Assembly: GCA_024346625.1 (NCBI GenBank)
Contig: AP024667.1
Location: 806,001 to 870,000 of the forward strand
Source of the DNA: Williopsis jadinii
Taxonomy: Eukaryota
DNA length: 64,000 nucleotides
Direction of reading: 5' to 3'
Under the pieces are notes generated by a model. The model worked only from the letters and a program-made list of their open reading frames with translations. It was not told the DNA's origin and ran no database searches. Positions 45,958 to 57,770 of the stretch are shown in pieces; the stretch's first letter is position 1, and each line of letters opens with the position of its first letter. A program made the translations under genes and the position numbers.

Positions 45958-46816
45958 AGTGATTTTACAGACGTATGTAATGATCATTATTGCGGTTATA
46001 ATATGGTTGGTTATCTATTCAACGGTTGTGAATCATCTTGGTACATGAGGTGTTAATGGACAATTTACTGAATACTAAACTGTTTAAATGAAATACTCAA
46101 AAGATTTAATATAATTAATCTGGTGTTAAAATTTATTTTCTGATTAATATTCCCATGTTCATTTAGCTATAGAAAAACTCATTAATAATGATACCAGAAA
46201 ATATACATTTTCAAAAATTATTGTTAAGCAAAGGGATGAGATATAAGAACTATACAAACTATTGTACTCTTGTGGATTAACAACACCACTTCAGGATTGG
46301 GAATGTGTCATTTGGGCTCGGATTACAATGCACAACGACCTTGGAATTTGATTAGTAGGTGCAATTTTGAGAAGGTTACTGAGACTTGACTGTCGTTTTC
46401 CTACTCTGTTTACAACTGTTTTCTAGATACTTACATCAGTGTCTACCAGTTTGCAAGAGGATCGATAATATATGCTTTAGAGAGTTTATTTTCACTAGGG
46501 AGTCTCTACATCAAATCAAGTTCCTAAGCTTAACAGAAAGTATCAACATTTTGAGAGATCTTACAGCGACAAACAATAGAATTGTTTTGGAAAACACGAA
46601 GGAAAAGTACAGGAATGTACTGAAAGATTGGTGTAATGGTCCAACTTTGGTGTTGATGTGGAATCTTCCCTTTGAATTTCTCGTTTCACCTATCACCTTA
46701 TAAAAAGTGGCCGTGCATATTGCCAAACAGTTGACTAATCTAGAGAACATGTTCAAATCCATATATTGTAGCAAACCATAGTATAACTGTATAACTGTAT
46801 AAGATGAATTAATAAT

Positions 46817-48928
46817 TTACCAAACCTGCAGTTCCTCAAAGAGATCAACTCTCTTGGGACACTTGTCCAAGTTTTGACCAACAAATTTACGAATATCGTC
46901 AACCATTCTTGGCGGACCACAGGTCATAACGCAGATTGTTCCTTGGTTTTCAGCAGTGAATTCCGTCACCAAGAAGTCCTCAAGGCTTGGTCTTTCATAA
47001 TGAAAAGTGATGAATTTGGAAAGCTCTTCAATACAACCCTGCGGACTCAAGCTGGTGTCGCTATCACTCGCAGAGCTCGAAGCCTTTTCTTTATCCTGAC
47101 CAGTCTCTTTAACGAACTCTGTAACAGTACCAGTTATATAGATATCGCATTGGACTTTTGTACCACGTAACATCATCAGCTCTTTGTAGAACCAGCACAA
47201 AGATTCTGGGTTACGAATGGTCCATGACAATTTGATCTGTTGATTAGAATCCCTCTTTGCCAAATCAACTGCATGGTGATAGGGACCTGGGATTCCACTA
47301 CCACCAGCCAACAAAAGTGCCGTGTCGTACTTGTGACTTGGTGCATGATGTCCATATGGCCCTTCCACTGAGACTCGAATGGAAGCCTTCCCTCCAGCCT
47401 TGATGCACTTGTTCTTGATATACTTGGTCATGCCTTTCTTTGCTTTGATGTAAACTGTGATTTCTCCTTCTTTCAGAGCAGACTCAATAATCGTGAAAGG
47501 ATGTGATTGCCAAAACCCATATGGTGTCAAGAAATAAAGGAAGGCATATGCACCCGGATAAGAGTGGAAAAATGCACCTTTTTGAACAGAAACTTTGAAG
47601 GTGCCATCACTTATGTATTCAACATCTGCATTTCTATAACCAAAGGTGATCATTTTGAAGATTCTTACCAATCTGTCAGTACACCAAAGAGCTATTGATG
47701 CATAAATCCATTCCAAGTATCCAAAATCGTAACAGTGCCACCAACAGCCAACCAGGAAAAGGGACGCAAAGACAATGTGGATGAAGAGAAAGCTTTCATA
47801 ACTCATAGTTCTGAACATATGAAATGCTTGGAAGCACAACAAGCCGGCAAGAGTTGTCGCAACGATACCCCATCTCCAGTATCTGCGGGCAACGTAAGCA
47901 CTCATATAATGCCGTGAAACTGCGTAGTCAGTCCAGCAGGCTGAATGTATCAAAGCGTAGAGGAACATCATTCTTGAGACCCATTTGTGGAACATTATGA
48001 ATGAGGTGTAAGGAATACCAGTCAATCTAATCATTAGATTGTTTCTGCCAGCAAATAGAACCAGTAGTGGAATCATACCAAAGGCAAGCAGTGCTGTTCG
48101 ATCAGCAACCAACATTGTTAATTGTAAACGGCGAGAGTTGTAAAGTGTACTCACATTGTAATGAATAGTTGCCAGGAGAATGTTGAGACATACAAAGAAA
48201 AATATGATTAACGTCTCAACTCTTGTTGGAACCAGCGTTGATACAAACTTGAAGTACACAGGGGCGTTTGTATGGTTCTGATTGAACAACGCAGGAATGC
48301 TGATGTGTTTTCTGTATTGCGTAATCCACTTATTGTTTAGCGACCCCTGGTAACCTAGTCGTTTCATATAGTTCACAATACCCACAATGAGGAATACGAA
48401 AATAAAGTAGCAGTAATAGATACCGGCAAACACATTTGGCATATCCCAATTGTAGAGAGTAAACTTTGTATAGTCGTAATATGGCTTGGTAACGTTATGG
48501 GGAATATCAACAGGGAAAGTCAACTTCGTCTCTGTGAGATTCAAGCCCTCCGTTGACCCAAAATGTCCGGTGGCATTCAGAAATTGATCTATGTAAAACT
48601 GCTTTTCATGAATGACAGTATCGCTTCCACGAGTCTCACAGGTCAGAGACAAACGGCCTATAGTCTTGTTGAAATTCTTAGTGAAGGGGCCAAAAATGTT
48701 TGCGAAACAATTGGTGATGGTTCCAACGGCTGGTGGATAGTTACATATAGTGCCATAGTTCCTTCCACCGCCAGTTGAGTTGTAGGCCCATTTCATCTTA
48801 TTGACGACGTTTTGGCATGCATTTAATGCCAACTTTGGGCGAGTACCTCTCTGTTCAGTCTTTGTTGGATGACTGGCGAACACATTGACCACTAAAAGAA
48901 GTGCTAAGAAGAGATCTGATAGTTTCAT
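46817..48928 (-). CDS. Ferric/cupric reductase (FRE family), copy C (more diverged)
   Basis: 703 aa with all FRE motifs and C-terminal VDLFEELQVW. Confidence 0.95.
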   Translation of the reverse strand: MKLSDLFLALLLVVNVFASHPTKTEQRGTRPKLALNACQNVVNKMKWAYNSTGGGRNYGTICNYPPAVGTITNCFANIFGPFTKNFNKTIGRLSLTCETRGSDTVIHEKQFYIDQFLNATGHFGSTEGLNLTETKLTFPVDIPHNVTKPYYDYTKFTLYNWDMPNVFAGIYYCYFIFVFLIVGIVNYMKRLGYQGSLNNKWITQYRKHISIPALFNQNHTNAPVYFKFVSTLVPTRVETLIIFFFVCLNILLATIHYNVSTLYNSRRLQLTMLVADRTALLAFGMIPLLVLFAGRNNLMIRLTGIPYTSFIMFHKWVSRMMFLYALIHSACWTDYAVSRHYMSAYVARRYWRWGIVATTLAGLLCFQAFHMFRTMSYESFLFIHIVFASLFLVGCWWHCYDFGYLEWIYASIALWCTDRLVRIFKMITFGYRNADVEYISDGTFKVSVQKGAFFHSYPGAYAFLYFLTPYGFWQSHPFTIIESALKEGEITVYIKAKKGMTKYIKNKCIKAGGKASIRVSVEGPYGHHAPSHKYDTALLLAGGSGIPGPYHHAVDLAKRDSNQQIKLSWTIRNPESLCWFYKELMMLRGTKVQCDIYITGTVTEFVKETGQDKEKASSSASDSDTSLSPQGCIEELSKFITFHYERPSLEDFLVTEFTAENQGTICVMTCGPPRMVDDIRKFVGQNLDKCPKRVDLFEELQVW

Positions 48929-51900
48929 CGTTATCTGGATAACGATAATATTACAATAGAAACGCCGAAGTGGGTAGTCTAGGGAAGTTCATGGCTATTT
49001 ATAATTATGGATGCACATTTGACCGTCTGGCACAGACGTATCGTTTATGCTTACTGAAATGGTTCCATATGTCCAATTGAGGTTGCAAAACGAGTCAATT
49101 AATTAGTACTGTGCTCAATGATTTAGTTCTTATTGGCTCAATTCTATAGTTAATTCAGCTCTTGAAGGACAAAAATCTCTCTTTAACGGCTAACACATAC
49201 ATTCTACGCACGCTTTGCTAACAAAAAAATTGATGAGCCTTGCATGAACGCAAGCAAAAAAAAGTGTGTACATATGGTTGCATCGTTCCTGATCGCTCCT
49301 GAAGAGGGTCCTCAGTATTCCTTACTGAGTGTCTGTGCCCAGGGGTGAAGACTAGCTTGAACGACACCGGAAACATGTCCCGGGGACATCAGTCATCTCT
49401 AGGATAGCTAATTAAAGAAAGACTAAAAACATCAATAAAAATATACAAAGCCTTTATCTTGGAATATTTCCAAGCTTGCCCAGTGAATCTTATCAGATGG
49501 TGAAGAGAGTCTTTAAGTCTGGTATAATTGGCAACGGCATCATAGGAGAGGCTGTGCGGTAAAAATAAGCTTAATTTTGGGACTGATCTACTCTTTGGTG
49601 AAAGATATGCATGTAGAGCTGAAGATTTGCGAGTTTAGACTCACGGTTCAACAAATCAAAGGGTGTGATTGATGAAAATCCCTTTGGTGCTTCATGTGTG
49701 TGATTGTAAAAGTCATACCATATACAGCCCAAGTTCAAGTGGGCCTCAACATTTTGAAGTCTTACAGAGATGTGGATATGCATTGTGACATATGGCAAGA
49801 CAGTCCCAGCCTTGTGTCTTTAAGAATATCCAGGTTGTAGATATGAATGAAGTTGTGGTGTTGAATAAGCTGGGTCTTATACCACTGCACAAACCATCCA
49901 AGACAGTTTGGGGGTTCGCTTTCATGAATGCAATCCTTTCTCTTCTGTGATGGCAGATTGACATGGAGTTCTGCCAAAGTAGATCCGCACACGTAATTCT
50001 GGAGTTCATTGTGAGATTATAGGGCCTGACTGTTGGAGGGAGAAATCGAAATGTTTTATTGGTCCAAAGATGCCGATTGAATCAAAAGTTGCCGAGGTCG
50101 AGTTGCAGTTAAAGATCACCAAAGCAAGTCTTTTGAATGACAGTGTACATCAAATTATTAGATCATGTTCCATGCGAGTAGTGTATTCCTGCAGAGGTTC
50201 ATATATCACTCCAAAAGTCTAGGCCCGCTGATTGAATAGATAGCAAGTTAGACGTGGCTAGAATACAGATCCTTCTCTCTACAGTAGCCTCTAAAATTCT
50301 TAGACCATAAGACCCCTTTTTATTATCTCTTGGGATCAACACCATCCTGAATTATTTCCACGTTATTGGAAAGCATTGGGCAAGTGAGAGCTGATCAGCG
50401 GAAACCGATGTTGTTTAAGTAATTGTGGAGGATGTCTCCTAATAGTGACCTTCCACTATAGAAAAGGTCTAGACCTCACCAAAGGACTGAATCGTTATAA
50501 TAACACTTACAAGAGCATAGTGTAGCTGTGGAAATATTGGAAGGCACTTTGGTAAGTATACTAGAGTGTATAGAGCATTTCACGCTCCACCTCTTTTCAG
50601 TCACAACCTCCATCTGAATCTTTCACAGAGGTTCTCAACTTGCACACTGCTCAACAAGTCGAATGTGGATTCTCATCAATACCTCTGCTAAAACAGAACA
50701 CGGTATTTAACATATTCTACACGATTTGCGTGATTCCACACATCCTACCAACTCGTTGTTTTATGCTAGAATGGCCTCTTCATAAGGGACGCTTTAACCA
50801 TACTGACACACAAAATTGACGAGTTCGGAGCTCAAAAACCCATAACTGCACAAGCCAATGGATTACTCTGAGATTCAGAGCCATTACAGGTTTGGTCCCC
50901 AACGCCTCAAGCGGACTTGCGACTTCACGTAGCTCCGTAAGCGATTCTAACAATCGACTATGACCTTGACGGAGGTGTTGGCACCATTATGACGGCCTCA
51001 CCTAAGGACTACGTTCGAAGACCCTCCTAAACGATCAGGCCATACAATGTAAAGAGTAAAAGTTTATAACGATGAGTTCATCAGACTGGTGCATCCCAAT
51101 TTCAGGCTCACCGTCGGGAAGACGGTCCACTTTGGTCGTGCGATGATGTAAGAACACCAACTCAAAGTCCTCGGTTCCTTGTAAGCGAGAAACGAGGCCA
51201 TAAAACAAAAAGAAAATGGACAAACACCGAAATAATCATAAAATGATTCGGCCACTACCGTATGAGCAGATTTCATCTCAGAAACCACCCGCAAGCATCT
51301 ACAGAGAGGTTAAAGCTGGCTGAAACCCTGGTGGGAAAGTGGAGGTTTTCAGGTGAATGTCCGGATAAACTAAGAAGCGTAAACTGGCAGCATTAGGTTT
51401 ATATTCCAACTTTCGAGTTTTTATTTTTTCGGTAGATACGAACTCCCGTGATCGAGCTCTCACGATCAAACAGCTGTAGTCACGGAAAAAGGGCGCTCGT
51501 GGATGTGGTCTCAACGGCACTTTCCCATCGAGCAAGTTAGTAGACGGTGCCAGTGGCATGTGTCCATCTACGAGTTGTACACAGGACATTAAGCAGTATA
51601 CGACGGAAGAGCCCATGTCTCAAAACCCAAGCTTTCCGGGAGCTTTTCGCAATTACAACACCATCAGACGTTTCCCCTGAACTGCCCAGTTCTGCGGGCT
51701 CGAATCAGTTTCTTAGCTACAACTGTCTCACGTAAATAGTTAACTGTACATACACCGGGGGCTGATAGGGGTGTAGCCAATAATAATTCATACAAGCGTC
51801 GTGGCGAAGCATCCAGAATCAATCTGCTTAACACGTCGTAACCCGTTTGAAAGTCTGATGTTTCCAATTCGCTTGCATTATGGCCCTCCGTGGCTGGCAC

Positions 51901-53003
51901 TCCACAAGAAAACAACAGGTGTGCATAGCGATATGTATCTGCAACCAACTGCCCCCATGGCCAACGCCTTGACTCGCTCAACAGGCGTAGATAAGATGCT
52001 TCGAATGACCTGTGCATGGGATCACTTCTGGAAACATCCTGTTGAGCAGTTTTTAGGAAGTGAGGTGAACATGTTTAGAACGTTCCGATAAGCTGTGTGC
52101 ACCGGCAGGCGATGTCTCATACGCCCAGACAGATCTTTTTCACGCTTTTCTGAGACACGGCTGCTTATCGTCGAGTAATTTGTGGTGGTGAACCCGTGAG
52201 GACCAAAACCTCTTTCCACAGGGCAGCCAGCCTGCAAAGAGGAGGAAAGTTACGAGTCCGTCACTGTGTGCAGTTTCTTCACAACGCTGGTACGTTCCAC
52301 ACACAGTGAATGGGCAGGGATGGGTGCTGCTGCAACAACGTTTACGGTTTTATCCACACTACGTAGATAATTTCTTGATATCTGAAGCTCGGCATAAAGA
52401 TTAAGCTGCCATTTGCGTCGAGCTCCACTGGGCAAGCTCCCGTGGGCACGCAACCAACGTGTGCCTCTCGCCTGGCAGAAGTTACCAATCAACAAAACTT
52501 TCCATCCTATGATGGTGCAATAACTTCCAGGCCATGCACATTCTCCTTCTCTCTTCTCTCCTCGCCATCTTCGCCATCTTCGAGAACCTCTCAAGGCGGA
52601 CGTTTTATGAGGAAACAACAAGCCACGCATACAACGTTGAGAAATTTCTTACCCAAAACAGCTCCCGAATGGGCAAATTGAGTTAGGAGAATGCGGCTTT
52701 TGCAGCAAAGTTACAGACCTGGGTGCATCGTGCTTATAAATTTTGCTACTTGGTGATGGAATTTTCTAAGGTTTGTATGTATGGCGTGCATAGGGCAGAG
52801 AGTTATCAAGGTTTCAAAGATGTGCACTGGGCCTGGGGGGATTACACAGTGGAGTGGGCCAGAAAGCATAAAAACCACACAGTTTCGCAGGGTTGTGTGT
52901 CAGCCTGGCTGATGAGCTGTTTGTTTGCTTGCTCGTTTGCTTGTTTATTTGTTTTTTAATTGCTCCTACAATATCGTGAAACCAAGGTTACAGAGACAAG
53001 ACA

Positions 53004-54329
53004 ATGTCAGTGTATGACAGATTTGACTTTGAGAAATCGGAAAGGGCGATGGATGCCCTGTTCGTGCAATCACAGCAGCTGCCACCAGTGCCCGTGTCGA
53101 GGTTAAGAGGAATTGAAGTGCCACAGGTGCTCGAGCCAGCTGATGACGAACCACAGAGCAGAGGGCCACAGCCTGTTAACCTTGACAAGCTGATGAAGGT
53201 TACCAAGGTGCTCAATGACGGAACACCGACTAAGAAGGTGAACTATGCCTCTTTTGCAGAGGAGAACTTTGACAGGAATATCAGCACCACGAAGAGAAAG
53301 AGCCCAGAATCGTCCACTTCAAAAGAATTGTACAATGAGGTTCAACGTAATTCGCTGAACTTTGGAGTTGACCTTGAGGAGATGATGACTTTCCACAAGA
53401 GAACACAGGTATGTAAATCCAACAGAGCCTCGCTACGCCAAGGATCACCAACGAGACCAAGGTTTCTTCCCTCCCCACCAGCGTCCCCATCTTTTGCCTA
53501 CGAGTTCAACAACAGTGTCATGGATCAATCAGACGATACCCCTAACTCTGAGACTGTCTCATCGAGCACCAGCGCACTGATGGATCCATTTCAACCGGAA
53601 GTTGCAATGCCTTCTCCAGAGGCGATTTGTTTATCACCAACGGGCCCCATACATCAAAATACCATCGAAATGTCAAAGGTCCGCAATCCACCGTTTATGA
53701 ACAAAGTTGAGTATATAAGCATCGAGGGGACACCACGGGAGTCGCCAAAGACACCGCAAAGAACGATATCCTTTGGCTCCATTTTCAAGTCTCTAAGCTC
53801 TTCAACAACTCCCACTCCAAAGAGATCCCCTTCACGCAAGGAGTGCCACAGCGTGGAGGAGACTTTGGAGGCTGACCGTGAGTTCCAGGACTATTCAATC
53901 CCCATGGGCCGTTCCTCCTACTATGAACAGAAACTCGAGCTTGGAGGTGTAATTGACTCTCCAATGTCAAACCATTCATCTGCAGCTTCTGGGCTGATGC
54001 TCTCCAGAGGCGCAGTCTCATCACACTCTTCGCTGAAGCCGACATCAAGCGGTTCAAGCCATAACACACCTCCAATGGTTAGACACGCAAGTACAGGTGC
54101 AGGCACTGGTACAAGTACAGGCACAAGCCACTACACAGTGCGCACGTCAAGTCCCTCGGTAGCTCCGTATCTTCGCTCACCACTGGCAAACAATCTACGA
54201 TACCAAACGAGTGCCAATCTTCCATCAAGTGAACAGAGGCATACTGGCTCACCGTCACTGGGACTATCATCTGGGCGTGGTGAGACTGTCGCTGACTATC
54301 GCGATGATACCCTTTATACCATGCTATAA
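53004..54329 (+). CDS. Uncharacterised Ser/Pro/Thr-rich, probably disordered 441-aa protein
   Basis: Long ORF with TATAAA at ~52735 and a TATATA terminator element after the stop; no recognisable domain. Confidence 0.8.
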   Translation: MSVYDRFDFEKSERAMDALFVQSQQLPPVPVSRLRGIEVPQVLEPADDEPQSRGPQPVNLDKLMKVTKVLNDGTPTKKVNYASFAEENFDRNISTTKRKSPESSTSKELYNEVQRNSLNFGVDLEEMMTFHKRTQVCKSNRASLRQGSPTRPRFLPSPPASPSFAYEFNNSVMDQSDDTPNSETVSSSTSALMDPFQPEVAMPSPEAICLSPTGPIHQNTIEMSKVRNPPFMNKVEYISIEGTPRESPKTPQRTISFGSIFKSLSSSTTPTPKRSPSRKECHSVEETLEADREFQDYSIPMGRSSYYEQKLELGGVIDSPMSNHSSAASGLMLSRGAVSSHSSLKPTSSGSSHNTPPMVRHASTGAGTGTSTGTSHYTVRTSSPSVAPYLRSPLANNLRYQTSANLPSSEQRHTGSPSLGLSSGRGETVADYRDDTLYTML

Positions 54330-54718
54330 CGCTATATATATATATATTCTGGCAGTTATATAAGCTCTAAGCTCTTTCAAAGAGACAATCAAACCACAAT
54401 TTGTGTGGTTTCACTGTATTTATTGATTGTATTGTTCAATATTGTTCAATGCTGTCTGGTTGCTGTCGTTACTGCCAACTTGCCGAGTTAACCATTGTGT
54501 AGCCGGAGCAACGAAAATTTATACCGCTTTAGGGCAAAACAAGGGCGGCTTTACGCGCTAAGGAGGGCCGATCAATAATCGAGCCGCAATTTAGCCGACT
54601 GGGACCGGGAGGGAGATTGAAACAAGAGGAGGAGTTACAGATATCGTAGCCTTGAATTAACCATTTCTTTGTTTGGCTTCAGGATCCATCAATTACTGGG
54701 AGATTAGGACTTCACCAA

Positions 54719-55567
54719 ATGTCAGTTCAGAAAACTATCAAACTCAACTCCGGCTACACTATTCCAACAATCGGGCTGGGTACGTGGCTTATCCCTTCGT
54801 CAGCGGCACCGAGCGTTGTTTACAAGGCCTTGGAAGCTGGGTATAGGCATTTCGATACAGCAATATACTACCAGAATGAACGAGCCGTGGGAGAAGGGAT
54901 TGCGAAGTGGTTGAGCGAGGATTCTGGCAGACAGAGATCCGACGTGTTCTACACGTCAAAGCTGTGGACATTTGACACATACGCAAGAGCGAAGAAGGAG
55001 ATCGAGGCCGCATTGGGGGAGATTGACGATACCCTGGGCTACATTGATCTGCTGTTGTTGCACTCTCCTATGGGCGGACCAACTGCTAGAAGAGAGGCGT
55101 GGAGAGCTCTACAGGAGGCTGTTGAAAGCGGGAAAGTCAAGTCCATTGGTATCTCATCCTGGGGTAAGCACCACATTGACAACTTGTACGAATGGGATGG
55201 GTTCAAGATTGAGCCTGCCGTCAACCAGATCGAGGTCCACCCATGGTGTATGAGACAGGAGTTGACTGATTACTGTAAGTCTAAGGGTATCCAGATAGAG
55301 GCTTATTCGCCTCTGGCACACGGCGAGAAACTACGTGACCCAACAGTCGTCTCCATTGCAAAGAAGTACAAGGTGTCTTCAGCCCAGGTTTTGATCCGTT
55401 GGAACTTGCAAAAGGGGAACATTCCACTTCCAAAATCGTCCAACATTGATAGATTGCGCTCAAATTTGGAAGTCTATGACTTCGAGCTGACCCCAGACGA
55501 AGTCGAGAAGATCAGCCACCCAGAAGTCCACGAGCCAACGGACTGGGAATGCACCGGTATGCCGTAA
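54719..55567 (+). CDS. Aldo-keto reductase (YJR096W-like)
   Basis: IGLGTW, GYRHFDTAIYY, YTSKLW, DLLLLHSP, VNQIEVHPW, AYSPL, PLPKS; C-terminal EPTDWEC as in YJR096W. Confidence 0.93.
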   Translation: MSVQKTIKLNSGYTIPTIGLGTWLIPSSAAPSVVYKALEAGYRHFDTAIYYQNERAVGEGIAKWLSEDSGRQRSDVFYTSKLWTFDTYARAKKEIEAALGEIDDTLGYIDLLLLHSPMGGPTARREAWRALQEAVESGKVKSIGISSWGKHHIDNLYEWDGFKIEPAVNQIEVHPWCMRQELTDYCKSKGIQIEAYSPLAHGEKLRDPTVVSIAKKYKVSSAQVLIRWNLQKGNIPLPKSSNIDRLRSNLEVYDFELTPDEVEKISHPEVHEPTDWECTGMP

Positions 55568-55651
55568 ATGAAACCTTTGTTACTGTTATAACACCAACGA
55601 GCCCAAAGAGTGAAAGCCCTAACCGTAGCAGCATCGATAACCTGTCATAAG

Positions 55652-55720
55652 CCATCCGTACACCACAACACCCGGACATCTCACCCGGACACCACCTCTT
55701 GCTAGATCACCCGGACACCA
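55652..55720. promoter_or_regulatory. Cluster of four Rap1-like sites upstream of the snoRNA
   Basis: CATCCGTACACC plus three CACCCGGACA copies, then a pyrimidine tract at ~55765-55800. Confidence 0.6.
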
Positions 55721-55802
55721 CCCCTCGCCAGCGTACAAAAATTTTCTTCACCACACGCTGGCTTCCAACTTCCTTTCACATGTCTCTTTTCTCTCTTCTT
55801 CA

Positions 55803-56019
55803 ACATATTTTAACTACACTTCCGGATTACCAGCGTATTCACGGTATTTTGATCTTTACGGTCCATCTACCACAGATGTGTTAGTTATGCACAAATGGCT
55901 GGAAGAAGAGTGATTTTCACTGTCACCATGTATAATCCGGCTGTTGGCTTCCTCTTCTACGGCTCTTGTTAGTTGTAGGGAATAAGGTCTGATAGCTGGT
56001 TCGCTTGTGGTGAACATTT
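55803..56019 (+). ncRNA. snR5: Box H/ACA snoRNA, snR5 ortholog (25S Psi1124 and Psi1004, S. cerevisiae numbering)
   Basis: Two hairpins with ACA at 56014-56016, 3 nt from the predicted end. Pocket 1 TTACCA/AAATGGC pairs with 25S GCCAUUUUUGGUAA; pocket 2 TAAT/TTCGCTT pairs with AAGCGAAUGAUUA, 14 nt from ACA. The 5' end is approximate. Confidence 0.88.
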
Positions 56020-56190
56020 TCTTGATATTTATATAGATATATACGGTATAGAGTAAACCATTGATCAAGACATATTTGAAACTTGTAGCTTGGAAAGTGT
56101 GTTGTGTTGTGTAGTGGAATCTCCGAGGAAAAATTCAGCCTCTGGCATCAACCAACCACTATGAGGATCATCGACGTCATCGGTTGCTGA

Positions 56191-57756
56191 ATGACGAGCA
56201 CAACCCAACAACGCCTCCCGAAAGAGGTTGTGTTGCCTTATCTCATTATACTCAGATGTATCAATGCGGTGACTATAAACACTTTCTTCCAGGCTGACGA
56301 ATATTGGCAATCGCTGGAACCTGCTCATGCGCTGGTGTTTGGCTATGGGTATCTGACCTGGGAATGGCGTGAAGGACTGAGGTCGTTTGTCCATCCTTTG
56401 CTCTTCGCACTGGTTTACAAGCTCTGTGAGTTGCTCGATTTGGGTGAGATTGGTGTTGTATACATGCCCAAATTGACACAGGGAGTGGTTTGCGCTATTG
56501 GTGAGTGGTATTTGTACAAGTTTGCATACTCGCTGACAAAGAATGAGATCATCGCCAGGGGTACACTGTTTCTCAGTGTCATTTCAGCATTTAACTGGTT
56601 CTGTCTAACGAGAACGTTCAGTAATAGCCTTGAGCTTACGCTGATAACGGCGTCTCTGAGCCATTGGCCTTGGAATTCAAAGAGCATCAACTGGAGAGGT
56701 TTTGGAATAAGTCTAACATTGGCTGCATGGAGTTGTTTCATCAGACCAACAAATGGGCTTATATGGTTGATTTTGGCAATTCAATTTCTTTGGAAGTTAT
56801 CCTGGACTAACCGCCTGGAAAGTGTGCTGTTCGCTTTGGTGATCGGTATAGTGGTTGGAGCCATAAACACCGTAATAGACTATCTATACTACGGGGAATT
56901 GGTATTCCCAATGTGGAACTTCATCAAGTTCAACGCGTTGGCCTCACTGTCAAGATTCTATGGCGTTGCACCATGGCACTTCCACATACTTCAAAGTGTT
57001 CCGTTAATGTTGATGCTCTATCTTCCCTTCTTCGTATACGGGCTGATTAAGGCACCTTATACCGGGCTCAAATGGATCATATTACTCGTACTCGCAGCAT
57101 TTTCTGCCATTGATCATAAGGAGTTCAGATTCATCCTACCTCTACAACCTTTCATGCTTATTCTCACTGCTTTTGGCTCATACCATTTGTACTTACACCA
57201 CAGTACTTTGGTGACGAATTCGATTATTGGCATCATGATGGTCAACACTTGCATTTCACTCTTCTTTACACAATGGCACGAGAGTGGTGTCATCAAAGTT
57301 ATCGACTATTTGAAAACAGACCCAGATGCTCAGTCCCTGGGATTTTTAATGCCATGCCATTCAACTCCATGGCAATCTCATCTCCATAGGCCAGATTTGG
57401 AAGCGTGGTTCCTCACTTGTGAACCTCCATTGCATCTGCTGGATGGAGACAATCATTCTAAACACGAAATCGATGCATACATGGATGAATCTGACTATTT
57501 CTACGACGATCCAGTGAAATTCCTCCATGAGAACTTCCCACCTCCGTTCAATAAAAAGTTAAGAACTCCTGGACGTGAGTACAAGTATGAATGGCCTACT
57601 CATTTGGTATTCTTTGAAGCACTGGAGCCCGTGATGAAGGAATACCTGAAAGATTCACCTTACGAGGAGTGTACCAGATTCTTCAACTCGTACTTTCACT
57701 GGGATGATAGAAGAAACGGCGATGTCATTGTATATTGCAAATGGCCGTGGGAATAA
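56191..57756 (+). CDS. GPI10: GPI mannosyltransferase 3 (PIG-B)
   Basis: TFFQADEYWQSLEPAH, YGYLTWEW, HKEFRFI, FLMPCHSTPWQSHLH. Confidence 0.96.
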   Translation: MTSTTQQRLPKEVVLPYLIILRCINAVTINTFFQADEYWQSLEPAHALVFGYGYLTWEWREGLRSFVHPLLFALVYKLCELLDLGEIGVVYMPKLTQGVVCAIGEWYLYKFAYSLTKNEIIARGTLFLSVISAFNWFCLTRTFSNSLELTLITASLSHWPWNSKSINWRGFGISLTLAAWSCFIRPTNGLIWLILAIQFLWKLSWTNRLESVLFALVIGIVVGAINTVIDYLYYGELVFPMWNFIKFNALASLSRFYGVAPWHFHILQSVPLMLMLYLPFFVYGLIKAPYTGLKWIILLVLAAFSAIDHKEFRFILPLQPFMLILTAFGSYHLYLHHSTLVTNSIIGIMMVNTCISLFFTQWHESGVIKVIDYLKTDPDAQSLGFLMPCHSTPWQSHLHRPDLEAWFLTCEPPLHLLDGDNHSKHEIDAYMDESDYFYDDPVKFLHENFPPPFNKKLRTPGREYKYEWPTHLVFFEALEPVMKEYLKDSPYEECTRFFNSYFHWDDRRNGDVIVYCKWPWE

Positions 57757-57770
57757 AGAGGCGTATGTAT

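Noticed and set aside
46440..46774. Possible fifth FRE relic downstream of copy C
   Set aside because: Only a few short nucleotide resemblances; no sustained protein similarity.
49700..49840. VIPYTAQVQ resembling an SF1 helicase motif
   Set aside because: No following helicase motifs; the frame is short and closed.
55653..55664. CATCCGTACACC, the core of several yeast telomeric repeats
   Set aside because: Single copy within a promoter; better explained as a Rap1-like site than as interstitial telomere or telomerase template.
55856..56068. 70-aa minus-strand ORF with ACTAAC motifs
   Set aside because: Antisense to the snoRNA; no sensible splice product.
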